The position numbers and the translations under genes were made by a program. Source: a virus (Duplodnaviria > Caudoviricetes). From it: a stretch of DNA of 41,279 nt. Below the pieces are notes generated by a model. That model was not told the DNA's origin. It made no database searches and saw only the letters and a list, made by a program, of their open reading frames with translations. Every line of letters begins with the position of its first letter. Positions within the stretch are counted from its first letter, which is position 1. Location: the IMG/VR virus record IMGVR_UViG_3300024287_000002, positions 1-41,279 of that record. The stretch is one strand, 5' to 3'. This document shows positions 33,907 through 41,279 of this stretch, one piece after another.

Positions 33907-34784
33907 GCGACTTGGATCTGTTCGGTGCGCCAATGCCCACTCCCGAGATGCCAGGCCCGGAAGAGATTGTTGCTAAGGCGATCGCCATTCACCAGCCGGT
34001 AGCGATTTACGTCGGCTTCTCCGGTGGTAACGATAGTCGCGCCGTGGCCCACTGGATGATGAACAACGTGCCGGGATGCCGCCCATTCCACATCAACACT
34101 GGTATCGGCATCGAGCTCACGCGCGAATACGTGCGTGACACAAGCGCAATGTATGGCTGGGACCTGCGCGAAATCCGCGCGCTTCAAGACTGCGGGCAAA
34201 GCTATGAAGCCCTGTGCATCGCTTACGGCTTCCCTGGGCCTGACGGCCACCAAATGATGTATTCGCGTCTCAAGGAGCGCGGGGTGCGCAAGCTGGTCAG
34301 GGAGTCCAAGGCAGGCCATCCGAGACGCGCCAAAGTGCTGATTGCCTCGGGTATCCGTCACGATGAAAGCCTGATTCGTATGGGCTACGCCGGCCGCGAA
34401 ATCAACACTGTTGGGTCGCAAGTCTGGATCAACCCGCTGTACTGGTGGGGTAAAGAGCAACGAGACGCCTACAACTCGGCCAGCGGCATGCCCGAGAACC
34501 CGGTAACGACGGCGCTCGGTATGAGCGGTGAGTGCGGTTGCGGGGCGTTCTCGCATCCTGGGGAGCTGGAACGGTGGAGGGCGGTAGATCCGTCGTTTGG
34601 GGCCAGGATCGACGCGCTGCAGCAAAAGGTATTTGCTCGCGGATTTACGTGGTCATGGGAGGGCCGCCCACCGAGCGGCGGATTCAAGCGCGAGCAGCAG
34701 TCATTCCAGATGCCGATGTGTGTCGGCTGTGAGAAGTCGGCCATTGTGCGCCGAGAGCTGGAAGAAATCGGGGGCGTCAAATGA
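33903..34784 (+). CDS. PAPS-reductase-family (PP-loop) protein
   Basis: VGFSGGNDS PP-loop, INTG, SGIRHDES..R, NPLYWW and SGECGCGAF motifs. Confidence 0.85.
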   Translation: MSDLDLFGAPMPTPEMPGPEEIVAKAIAIHQPVAIYVGFSGGNDSRAVAHWMMNNVPGCRPFHINTGIGIELTREYVRDTSAMYGWDLREIRALQDCGQSYEALCIAYGFPGPDGHQMMYSRLKERGVRKLVRESKAGHPRRAKVLIASGIRHDESLIRMGYAGREINTVGSQVWINPLYWWGKEQRDAYNSASGMPENPVTTALGMSGECGCGAFSHPGELERWRAVDPSFGARIDALQQKVFARGFTWSWEGRPPSGGFKREQQSFQMPMCVGCEKSAIVRRELEEIGGVK

Positions 34785-34990
34785 CCGCCCTCTACCGCAT
34801 CGCGCGCCGCCTGGTGCGCAAGGCCCTCAAGCCGGCCCTCAAGTGGCTCATCGCGTGGCAGTACAAGCGCAGCGAGGAAGAGGTCGAGCACCTGCAGTTT
34901 TTGCGTGAACTGCTGCCGAAGAAGGAGCATGCGCAACGTCGGCGCCAGGTTCGGCTGCAAGAGCGGCACAACCGGATTTCGGGGTGGTGA
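34781..34990 (+). CDS. Small basic hypothetical protein
   Basis: ATGA-coupled; 69 aa. Confidence 0.65.
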   Translation: MTALYRIARRLVRKALKPALKWLIAWQYKRSEEEVEHLQFLRELLPKKEHAQRRRQVRLQERHNRISGW

Positions 34991-35016
34991 GCATGGATAA
35001 CAACAAGGAGAAGAGC

Positions 35017-35331
35017 ATGGAAGTGAAACACACCCCCGCACCGTGGAGGGCAACAAAACGTGAAGTACCGGAAGGATTGAACTGGGCGTCGCGCATCCCG
35101 TTCGCCATCGAACGTCCGGCCGGTGGCGCTGTGTTGCCTGTTGCTGATGTGTGCGACCAGCCGGAAGCCGAAGCTAACGCCCGCCTGATCGCCGCCGCGC
35201 CGGAGCTGCTGGATGCGCTAAGAGCATGCGCCGCCGTGTGCGCTGGCGAAACGATGCACAAGCAAGGGCTTATCGATACTTTGCAGCTCGCCCAGAAGGC
35301 CATCACCAAAGCCACCGGGAGCGGCTCGTGA
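35017..35331 (+). CDS. Hypothetical phage protein
   Basis: KHTPAPW...EANARLIAAAPELLDAL, a motif common in phage early genes; AAGGAG RBS. Confidence 0.8.
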   Translation: MEVKHTPAPWRATKREVPEGLNWASRIPFAIERPAGGAVLPVADVCDQPEAEANARLIAAAPELLDALRACAAVCAGETMHKQGLIDTLQLAQKAITKATGSGS

Positions 35332-35435
35332 TCCGCTTCATCCTGACCCAGTACCGCCTCTCCTGCCGCGCCGGATTCGGCAGGCGCAGGGCGATCAAGC
35401 GCGCGGTGCGTGCTTATCGTTTCGGATTCCAGTAG
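35328..35435 (+). CDS. Small Arg-rich hypothetical protein (35 aa)
   Basis: GTGA overlap with the upstream stop; GGGAG RBS. Confidence 0.5.
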   Translation: MIRFILTQYRLSCRAGFGRRRAIKRAVRAYRFGFQ

Positions 35436-35493
35436 CAGCAAAGACGAGCAGTCCTCTATAACCCCAACTTTGGCTCCGAGCGAAAGGCTAAAA

Positions 35494-36006
35494 ATGGCAA
35501 AGCAAGAACCGGCAGCAGAAGAAGAAAAGCGCACCCACTGGAAGCAACTGGTTGACCCGCGCTTCATCGGCGCCTACGCGCTCCCCAACGGTTATGACCT
35601 GACTGTGACCATCGAACGGGTGCAGCTCGAAACCGTGACCATGATGGGCGGGAAGAAGGAAGACCACAGCATCATGTACCTCAAGGGGCAGAAGCCGATG
35701 ATTCTCAACGCCACCAATTCCAAGTCGATCCACAAGCTCTATGGACCGTACATTGAGGATTGGGTCGGCAAGCAGATCACTCTGTATGCCAGCACCACGA
35801 AGCTCGGCAACGAGCTGGTCGAGTGCCTGCGCATCCGCCCTAATATCCCGGCCCGCGAGAAGACAAAGATCAGCGACGAGCGCCTGGACAAGGCGCTGGA
35901 GCAAATCAAGGCAGGTACGTACACGGTGGAGAAGTTGCGTGCGAACTTTGCACTCACCAAAGATCAGGCCATTAAGGTGGCATTGCTTGAGGAGGAGGCC
36001 GAATGA
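35494..36006 (+). CDS. Recombination-module protein (possible ssDNA-binding or annealing partner of the exonuclease)
   Basis: THWK...KPMILNATN...IEDWVGKQITLY...LRIRP; directly upstream of the exonuclease. Confidence 0.65.
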   Translation: MAKQEPAAEEEKRTHWKQLVDPRFIGAYALPNGYDLTVTIERVQLETVTMMGGKKEDHSIMYLKGQKPMILNATNSKSIHKLYGPYIEDWVGKQITLYASTTKLGNELVECLRIRPNIPAREKTKISDERLDKALEQIKAGTYTVEKLRANFALTKDQAIKVALLEEEAE

Positions 36007-36746
36007 CCAACACTTTTCGCTTCCGCTGCTCTTCGCTGGGACTGATCATGACCGACGCGCAGTCGATCGATGAGCAGTTCGTTACCACCGAAATTGCCGA
36101 AATCCAGCGCAAGAAGAACAGGACGGACGAAGAAAAGTCGATGCTCCAGGCGCTCAAGGATAAGAGTCTGTCAGCTGGTGCAAAGACCTACCTCGAAAGC
36201 ATCGCCAAGGAATTCCTTTACGGCTATCACGAGGTCGTAACTGGCAAGTACATGGACAAGGGCTTGATCGTCGAGAACCAGTCGATTGATCTCTACAACT
36301 CGGTGCACTTCACGAATTACAAGAAGAACACCGAACGCCGGACTGATGAATACCTTACTGGCGAGTGCGACATCATCGTCCCGCGCGTCAAGGGCATCGA
36401 CATCAAATCGGCGTGGTCCTTGTCCACGTTCCCGGCCACCTCAGCGGCAGGTGCCGACAAGCTCTATGAATGGCAATGCCGCGGCTACATGCGGTTGTGG
36501 GACGTTCCCGAGTGGGAAGTCGCCTATTGCATGGTCAATACGCCCGATGAGCTTATCAAGTACGAGCAAGAGGAGCTGCATTACGTCGACCACATCGAAG
36601 AGGCTCTGCGCGTGACCGTCGTTCGGTATGAGCGCGATATGGAGCTGGAGGCAAAGATCGTCGCCAAGGTCAAGGCGGCCAGGCGCTATCTCGACAGCGT
36701 CGTCTCGGAAATCAAGCGGCAGCACAACGTTCTGGAGGCAGCATGA
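36003..36746 (+). CDS. YqaJ/lambda-exonuclease-like PD-(D/E)xK nuclease
   Basis: FRCSSLG, KG...E, GECDI...DIKS and YEWQCRGYM.L motifs. Confidence 0.82.
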   Translation: MTNTFRFRCSSLGLIMTDAQSIDEQFVTTEIAEIQRKKNRTDEEKSMLQALKDKSLSAGAKTYLESIAKEFLYGYHEVVTGKYMDKGLIVENQSIDLYNSVHFTNYKKNTERRTDEYLTGECDIIVPRVKGIDIKSAWSLSTFPATSAAGADKLYEWQCRGYMRLWDVPEWEVAYCMVNTPDELIKYEQEELHYVDHIEEALRVTVVRYERDMELEAKIVAKVKAARRYLDSVVSEIKRQHNVLEAA

Positions 36747-37198
36747 CCCGCCAGCCATTCGCCACACGCCGTATCCGCCTGGTCAGCCCTGTGCAGCGCG
36801 ATACCGCCCTGTCTCTGCTGCGGAACGTGCCGCTGGATGCCGACAAGCCGCTTGAGCTGATCGTGCGCGAGGAGGTCAAGGCGCGCAAGCCTGACCAGAA
36901 CGCGCTTATGTGGGCTGGGCCGCTCAAGGACATCGCGGATCAGTGCTGGGTTGAGGGTCGCCAGTTTTCGGCTGAAGTCTGGCACGGCTATTTCAAAGCG
37001 CAGTTCCTGCCGGAAGAGTTTGACCCGGAACTGTGCAAGGAGGGCTATCGCAAGTGGGACATCGATCCTGCTGGCGAGCGAGTCCTAATCGGGTCGACCA
37101 CGCAGTTGACCGTGAAGGGATTTGCGCAGTACCTGACGCAGATTCAAGCCTTCGGCGCGCACCAGGGCGTCGAGTTTCACGAGCAGCAGAAGCAGTGA
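36743..37198 (+). CDS. ninB: NinB-family recombination protein
   Basis: RKPDQNALMWA..LKDIADQ, AEVWH..FK and GSTTQL...FAQYLTQIQAFGA..GVEF motifs. Confidence 0.85.
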   Translation: MTRQPFATRRIRLVSPVQRDTALSLLRNVPLDADKPLELIVREEVKARKPDQNALMWAGPLKDIADQCWVEGRQFSAEVWHGYFKAQFLPEEFDPELCKEGYRKWDIDPAGERVLIGSTTQLTVKGFAQYLTQIQAFGAHQGVEFHEQQKQ

Positions 37199-37224
37199 AC
37201 AACAACTAGAAGGAATCCCAAGAG

Positions 37225-37626
37225 ATGAACATCCAGTTGAACGTCAGACCAATCAAGAAGCCCGGCAGCCGCCTGAGCCTGAGGCAGAAGCATGAAATGC
37301 GCGAGCGTGCAGTCGAGCAAATCCGCGCCCTGCTGGCCGTTGGGTCCGAGTCTCCCGGCAGCATCGCGGAGAAACTCAAGCTGAGCCAGTCGAGCGCATA
37401 CGCCTATCTGAAGTACATGGCATGCGAACTGCGCGAGGTCCGCCGCACCGGCAGGCTTGATAGCGAAGGCCGGCACCTGTGGGAGTTGGGCGACGATTCC
37501 CAGATGCAGAGCCGCAACGCTCTGATCGACCAGGGCTTTGCGCCGAAGCGGCCGATTGGGCCGGCGCGGCAGATCGGCATGCAGCGCGATCCGTTGGTGC
37601 AGGCGATTTTCGGACCGGCAGCATAA
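37225..37626 (+). CDS. Putative winged-HTH protein
   Basis: SIAEKLKLSQSSAYAYLKYM HTH; C-terminal RDPLVQAIFG. Confidence 0.65.
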   Translation: MNIQLNVRPIKKPGSRLSLRQKHEMRERAVEQIRALLAVGSESPGSIAEKLKLSQSSAYAYLKYMACELREVRRTGRLDSEGRHLWELGDDSQMQSRNALIDQGFAPKRPIGPARQIGMQRDPLVQAIFGPAA

Positions 37627-37648
37627 ATCCACCACCAAGAGAGACATC

Positions 37649-39034
37649 ATGAACAACAACGAAGAAAACAAGATAACGCCTGCGGCTGATGTGGGCGGGC
37701 TGACGGGGAAATTGCGCGAGGCACTCAGATGGGCGCTTGAATGGATTGACGCCGTGCCACCCGATACTACCTTGCCAGCGATGCCTGGTTTCGACCGCGA
37801 CTACGTGAACGACTTGCTGGATGCGCGCGAAGTGCTCGCCACCAAGGCGGAAGCAGCGCAGGCCGCGCCCGAGCAGGCGGTGCCGGAAGGCTACGCTCTG
37901 GTTCCGGTCAAGGAAACGCCGGCGATGGTGGACGCCTACAACAATGTGCCGAGCGGGATTGCTGGCTCGCCACCGCATGCGGCGCACGTATGGGCTGCCA
38001 TGCTCGCAGCAACCCCTGTGCCGCCAGTATCAGCGCCGGCCGAGCAGCCGGCCACTTCGGTGCCGCGCTTGGCAAGCATAGATACGCCTGCGTTTGCCGA
38101 ACTGATCGAGAACCACGACCGCGCCAGTGATGGCAAAGAAATGGACGCGGCCTACGCTGCAATTGTCGCCCACGTCGACGCCCACATCGCGTGCCAGGCT
38201 CAGGCTTTGCCGGTGGCGTGGGTACGCTGCCATCCTGACGGATCGCTGACCACCGAATACCTGTCGGATCAAGTTATCGAGCCTGTGCGCAAGGCATCCG
38301 GCGCGTGGCTGCCGCTTACTCTCGCCGCTCCCACGCTGGCCAGCGCTCCGCAAGCTGCACCGTTCCAGAAGCTCGACCTGACGGACTACAGCAAGCCGGT
38401 TGTTTACTCCAATGGGACCAGCGCACCGCAAGCAGAGCGGGCGGCAGGGCCGGAAGTCCTGTTGGACGATGCGCGGCGATACCAGCGACTTCGGATTCTC
38501 GGAGCGGCACCGTTCGGAACGAAGCAACTGGAGGATGGCCATGTTCTGCGCTTCCAGTCGTTAGACGCTTTTCTTGACGCCGACATTGCAACTCACCCTT
38601 CGCGAGGCGAAGCCGCCCCGAGCAGCACCGAGGCCATCGCACAGGCCGCCAGCGCCACCAGCTCCGAGAACGTGGATTCGCCGGAACTGCGCGCGCTACT
38701 CAAAGCCTACCGGGACTCTGGCCTTATCCGGCTGCGCGCAAGGCATGACGCCATCATCGCCCACATCCAATCCCTGATCGCTGCTCAGGTAGCTGGCGCG
38801 CGCAAGGATGCGTGGGTCAGTGTAGAGGACCGTCTGCCGGCTAATGATCAGTACGTATGGGCATCGTGGACTGGCGCGGGCAATTGGAACCACGACGCCA
38901 AGCAGGGCCTAGCCCGCTACGTTGATGGTCTAGGATGGCAGCCTCAGCAAAGTACGGGATGGGACTGGGTCGTCACGCACTGGATGGCGCTACCTCAGTC
39001 TCCTGCAAGCGACAGCCAGGAAGTGGGTGCGTGA
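37649..39034 (+). CDS. Mosaic Eaa/Ea22-like protein with a C-terminal DUF551-like domain
   Basis: VPEGYALVP, DARRYQRLR and WVSVEDRLP...VTHWMALPQSP motifs joined by Ala/Pro linkers. Confidence 0.75.
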   Translation: MNNNEENKITPAADVGGLTGKLREALRWALEWIDAVPPDTTLPAMPGFDRDYVNDLLDAREVLATKAEAAQAAPEQAVPEGYALVPVKETPAMVDAYNNVPSGIAGSPPHAAHVWAAMLAATPVPPVSAPAEQPATSVPRLASIDTPAFAELIENHDRASDGKEMDAAYAAIVAHVDAHIACQAQALPVAWVRCHPDGSLTTEYLSDQVIEPVRKASGAWLPLTLAAPTLASAPQAAPFQKLDLTDYSKPVVYSNGTSAPQAERAAGPEVLLDDARRYQRLRILGAAPFGTKQLEDGHVLRFQSLDAFLDADIATHPSRGEAAPSSTEAIAQAASATSSENVDSPELRALLKAYRDSGLIRLRARHDAIIAHIQSLIAAQVAGARKDAWVSVEDRLPANDQYVWASWTGAGNWNHDAKQGLARYVDGLGWQPQQSTGWDWVVTHWMALPQSPASDSQEVGA

Positions 39035-39324
39035 TGGCGCTGCGATGGAAGAAAAACCCCATGCCGACAGGTCTTGCTCGCGTCGTCTGCGGGCCGCAGG
39101 GTAGCACGCTGCGCGATGGTGAAGTGAGGTATGCGAGTACCGGCACATTTCATTTCCGCGACACGCGAAAAGGTTGGTATTGGGTCGCCAGCTGTGAATC
39201 AGTCGTCCCGCACCGAAACACCTGTAATGAGCCGGTGCCCGACGAAGCCACAGCAAAAGCCGCCGCGCTGGCTTACGTGCGCGAGCATCTGAAACGCGCC
39301 ACCACCCAACCAAAGGAATCCTGA
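39034..39324 (+). CDS. Hypothetical protein
   Basis: MALRWKK...TGLARV...GWYWVA...NTC; coupled to the upstream gene. Confidence 0.7.
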   Translation: MALRWKKNPMPTGLARVVCGPQGSTLRDGEVRYASTGTFHFRDTRKGWYWVASCESVVPHRNTCNEPVPDEATAKAAALAYVREHLKRATTQPKES

Positions 39325-39326
39325 CC

Positions 39327-39536
39327 ATGATCTTCCTGACCGACGAAATGCCGAGCTTCTGCCCGAGCTGCGGCAAAGAGCACAAGACCGACAGCTACGC
39401 ATCGAGCGACTTCCACGCTGGCGCATCCAGCCAGTGCAAGTGCGGCGCGATGTGGCAGTACGTGACAACCAACAAACTCATCGACACAGCGCAGACGACC
39501 CCGAACGGCGATCTGCACCGCTACGCAGGAGCCTAA
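39327..39536 (+). CDS. Small zinc-ribbon-like protein
   Basis: CPSCG...CKCG; AAGGA RBS. Confidence 0.7.
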   Translation: MIFLTDEMPSFCPSCGKEHKTDSYASSDFHAGASSQCKCGAMWQYVTTNKLIDTAQTTPNGDLHRYAGA

Positions 39537-39539
39537 ACC

Positions 39540-39767
39540 ATGAGCCACGAAATCATTGAGCGCAGTGAAGGCCGAAAGTCCCTGCGCATTGTCATCGACG
39601 GCTACGAAGTATTCGGCATGACACTTGGACCGGTGGATTCGACTCATCACGAGTGGTTAGCTGAGATCCTTGATCGCTCATTTGCGGACGCGATGGTGAA
39701 GGCCGTACGCCGTGCTCGCGCCAAAGACCAAGCTGAAATGCGCCGCTTACTCGGCATCGGAGACTGA
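39540..39767 (+). CDS. Hypothetical protein
   Basis: AGGAG RBS; operon packing. Confidence 0.65.
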   Translation: MSHEIIERSEGRKSLRIVIDGYEVFGMTLGPVDSTHHEWLAEILDRSFADAMVKAVRRARAKDQAEMRRLLGIGD

Positions 39768-39770
39768 CCC

Positions 39771-39974
39771 ATGACCGCAATGACTGAACAACGCGATATT
39801 GCCGACCTGTCGGATGCTGAGTTGATCGAAGCGGCAAATACCGCCCGCGACGACCTCGCCAAAGCGGCGGCAGACGAGCCCGAAGGCGAATGGCATCAAG
39901 CATGTTTTGCTGGCGTCCTTGTGTATGCCGGCGAACTCCAAAAACGCGGGCTGAAGCTCGCAACATTTCACTAG
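39771..39974 (+). CDS. Hypothetical protein
   Basis: GGAG RBS; operon packing. Confidence 0.65.
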   Translation: MTAMTEQRDIADLSDAELIEAANTARDDLAKAAADEPEGEWHQACFAGVLVYAGELQKRGLKLATFH

Positions 39975-39982
39975 AGGCCGCA

Positions 39983-40405
39983 ATGACTGAACAAGAAACT
40001 ATCCGAGTGCTGCGCGAGGCGCTGAGCACGATTCGCCATTTGGCATACAGCGCACCACAGACTGCACAGTGGATTTCGGAGGCATTCAACACGGCCAACG
40101 ATGCGATCAACGCCACCGCCACCATCCAGCCAGCCGCAGCGCCCGAGCAAGCCGATGTGCGGGATGCGGAGCGTCTGGATTGGCTTGAAGTCTCAATGGC
40201 GAGCAATCATAAATCGACGCCCTATCATGATGGCACCGGCTTCGGGTTCCCATATCTGGTGCACGGATCGCCAATGGGTGGCGGTGTCGGCTTTCACGGC
40301 TGCGACAGTCTTCGCGCCGCTATCGATGCAGCAATGGCCACCTGCACCCCGGCAGACGACAGCCAGCCCTCTGTGGGCGATAAAGGTCAGGGAGGTGCGG
40401 CATGA
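39983..40405 (+). CDS. Hypothetical mosaic protein
   Basis: GAGG RBS; RDAERLDWLE...LRAAIDAAM motif. Confidence 0.7.
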   Translation: MTEQETIRVLREALSTIRHLAYSAPQTAQWISEAFNTANDAINATATIQPAAAPEQADVRDAERLDWLEVSMASNHKSTPYHDGTGFGFPYLVHGSPMGGGVGFHGCDSLRAAIDAAMATCTPADDSQPSVGDKGQGGAA

Positions 40406-40941
40406 GTCCCGAACTGATGGCAGCGCTGGACGCCCGCGACGACCGGATGAAGGATCAGCTTGACCGGATTGGCCGGTCCATTGGCTACGGTCGCGCGATC
40501 CAACTGCTCGGGCAACTGTGGGACGACATGATGCAGGCCAGCTATCCGCAGGTCGGCCGCCACCAGGAGAGCACCCACCGCCGCACGGACATTGAGCTGA
40601 TCGAAGCGGGGCTACCACTAGGGCGCAAGGTTGTCTACTTCCAGAAGCGCGGACGCAAGGGCCAGATTACCGCCTTGGTCCCGATGGATTTCGAAATCGA
40701 GAACGTTGCGCGCGTCGTTTCAGATACGCCGCTATATGGCCGAGTGCCGTTTGCGGACGACAAATCCCCCTCCCAGAAGGCAGACGACAGCCAGAAAGGC
40801 GGCGGCACAAAGCAACTCACCCGCTGCGCTGCTGACCAAGATGGCGACTGCAGCCACGCCCAATGCCCGCAGCTGCGCGACGGCGAACCGGCAAAGTCCG
40901 GCCGCCACTGCCCGCTTGACACCTACACCGAGGAAGACTGA
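40402..40941 (+). CDS. Hypothetical mosaic protein with a C-terminal Cys-rich motif
   Basis: GGAGG RBS; RCAADQDGDCSHAQCPQLRDGEP...HCPLD. Confidence 0.7.
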   Translation: MSPELMAALDARDDRMKDQLDRIGRSIGYGRAIQLLGQLWDDMMQASYPQVGRHQESTHRRTDIELIEAGLPLGRKVVYFQKRGRKGQITALVPMDFEIENVARVVSDTPLYGRVPFADDKSPSQKADDSQKGGGTKQLTRCAADQDGDCSHAQCPQLRDGEPAKSGRHCPLDTYTEED

Positions 40942-40944
40942 CCC

Positions 40945-41279
40945 ATGACCGACAAAAACAAACAGGCAGACGAGCGGACGCCGTTTGATGCCGCAATCGA
41001 CGCAACATACCCGATTCCCGATAGCCCTCACACATCCGTGGTACAGCGTGCCATCGATAACAGGATCGCGTTCCGGTTCGGCTGGGAACAGGCCTGCGCC
41101 GCACTCGCCCAGCAAGCCTGGGTATCTTCGACCACCACGGCAAGCGCGAGCGGTGATTTCCACAGGTGCGATCTGACTGACTATAAAACGCCGGTCAGCT
41201 ATTCAAACGGCACTGGCCGCGCCCCGGCACCTAGCCGTGAGGCTGCACCGTTGGAATTTGATGCATGGTGGAAATCCGA
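40945..41279 (+). CDS. 5' part of the junction-spanning hypothetical protein (continues to 425)
   Basis: GAGGA RBS; ATG 40945 frame is open to the window end and continuous with 1..425. Confidence 0.75.
   Translation, partial: MTDKNKQADERTPFDAAIDATYPIPDSPHTSVVQRAIDNRIAFRFGWEQACAALAQQAWVSSTTTASASGDFHRCDLTDYKTPVSYSNGTGRAPAPSREAAPLEFDAWWKS
41153..41279 (+). repeat. Terminal direct repeat, copy 2
   Basis: Identical to 1-127; 127 is a common assembler k-mer length. Confidence 0.95.

Larger units (their letters stand above)
1..41279. mobile_element. Complete circular temperate phage genome (P22-like podovirus morphogenesis, lambdoid immunity, P4-family integrase), in excised/attP form
   Basis: Terminal 127-bp overlap; an ORF continuous across the junction; packaging, head, tail, lysis, integration, immunity and replication modules all present; intact attP and no host genes. 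Confidence 0.95.

Noticed and set aside
38363-38419. Diversity-generating retroelement TR/VR pair with the junction-gene repeat
   Set aside because: No reverse transcriptase in the genome, and the differences are not confined to adenines

Overview
The window is a complete, circularly permuted temperate phage genome. Bases 1-127 are identical to 41153-41279, and one ORF reads through that junction, so the unit length is 41,152 bp. It is GC-rich and has a P22-like podovirus morphogenesis module on the minus strand: terS, terL, portal, scaffold, coat, gp4, gp10, a needle-position fibre gene, three DNA-ejection proteins and a tail fibre. The lysis cassette (holin, glucosaminidase endolysin, embedded Rz/Rz1) sits at the far end, next to attP. 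A P4-family tyrosine integrase and an AlpA-type excisionase lie beside an intact attP whose core is the 3' end of a tRNA, probably tRNA-Arg(CCU) of a Burkholderiales-type host (inference). A lambdoid immunity switch (cro/cI, five 16-bp operators, matching PR and PL promoters) separates the replication/nin/late arm from a plus-strand early arm of recombination and accessory genes. The most notable observations are: (1) a 31-aa Gly/Pro/Lys peptide, missed by the ORF track, coupled to a 4-TM protein directly upstream of the holin; (2) an array of overlapping tRNA-like RNA folds in the early operon; (3) a repressor with no autocleavage domain, overlapped by an antisense ORF resembling its C-terminus; (4) a frameshifted two-domain candidate anti-defence gene; (5) a secreted polyproline/Cys moron beside attP; (6) tandem pseudoknot-like motifs before the coat gene. 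All family assignments come from motif recognition and gene order, not database searches.
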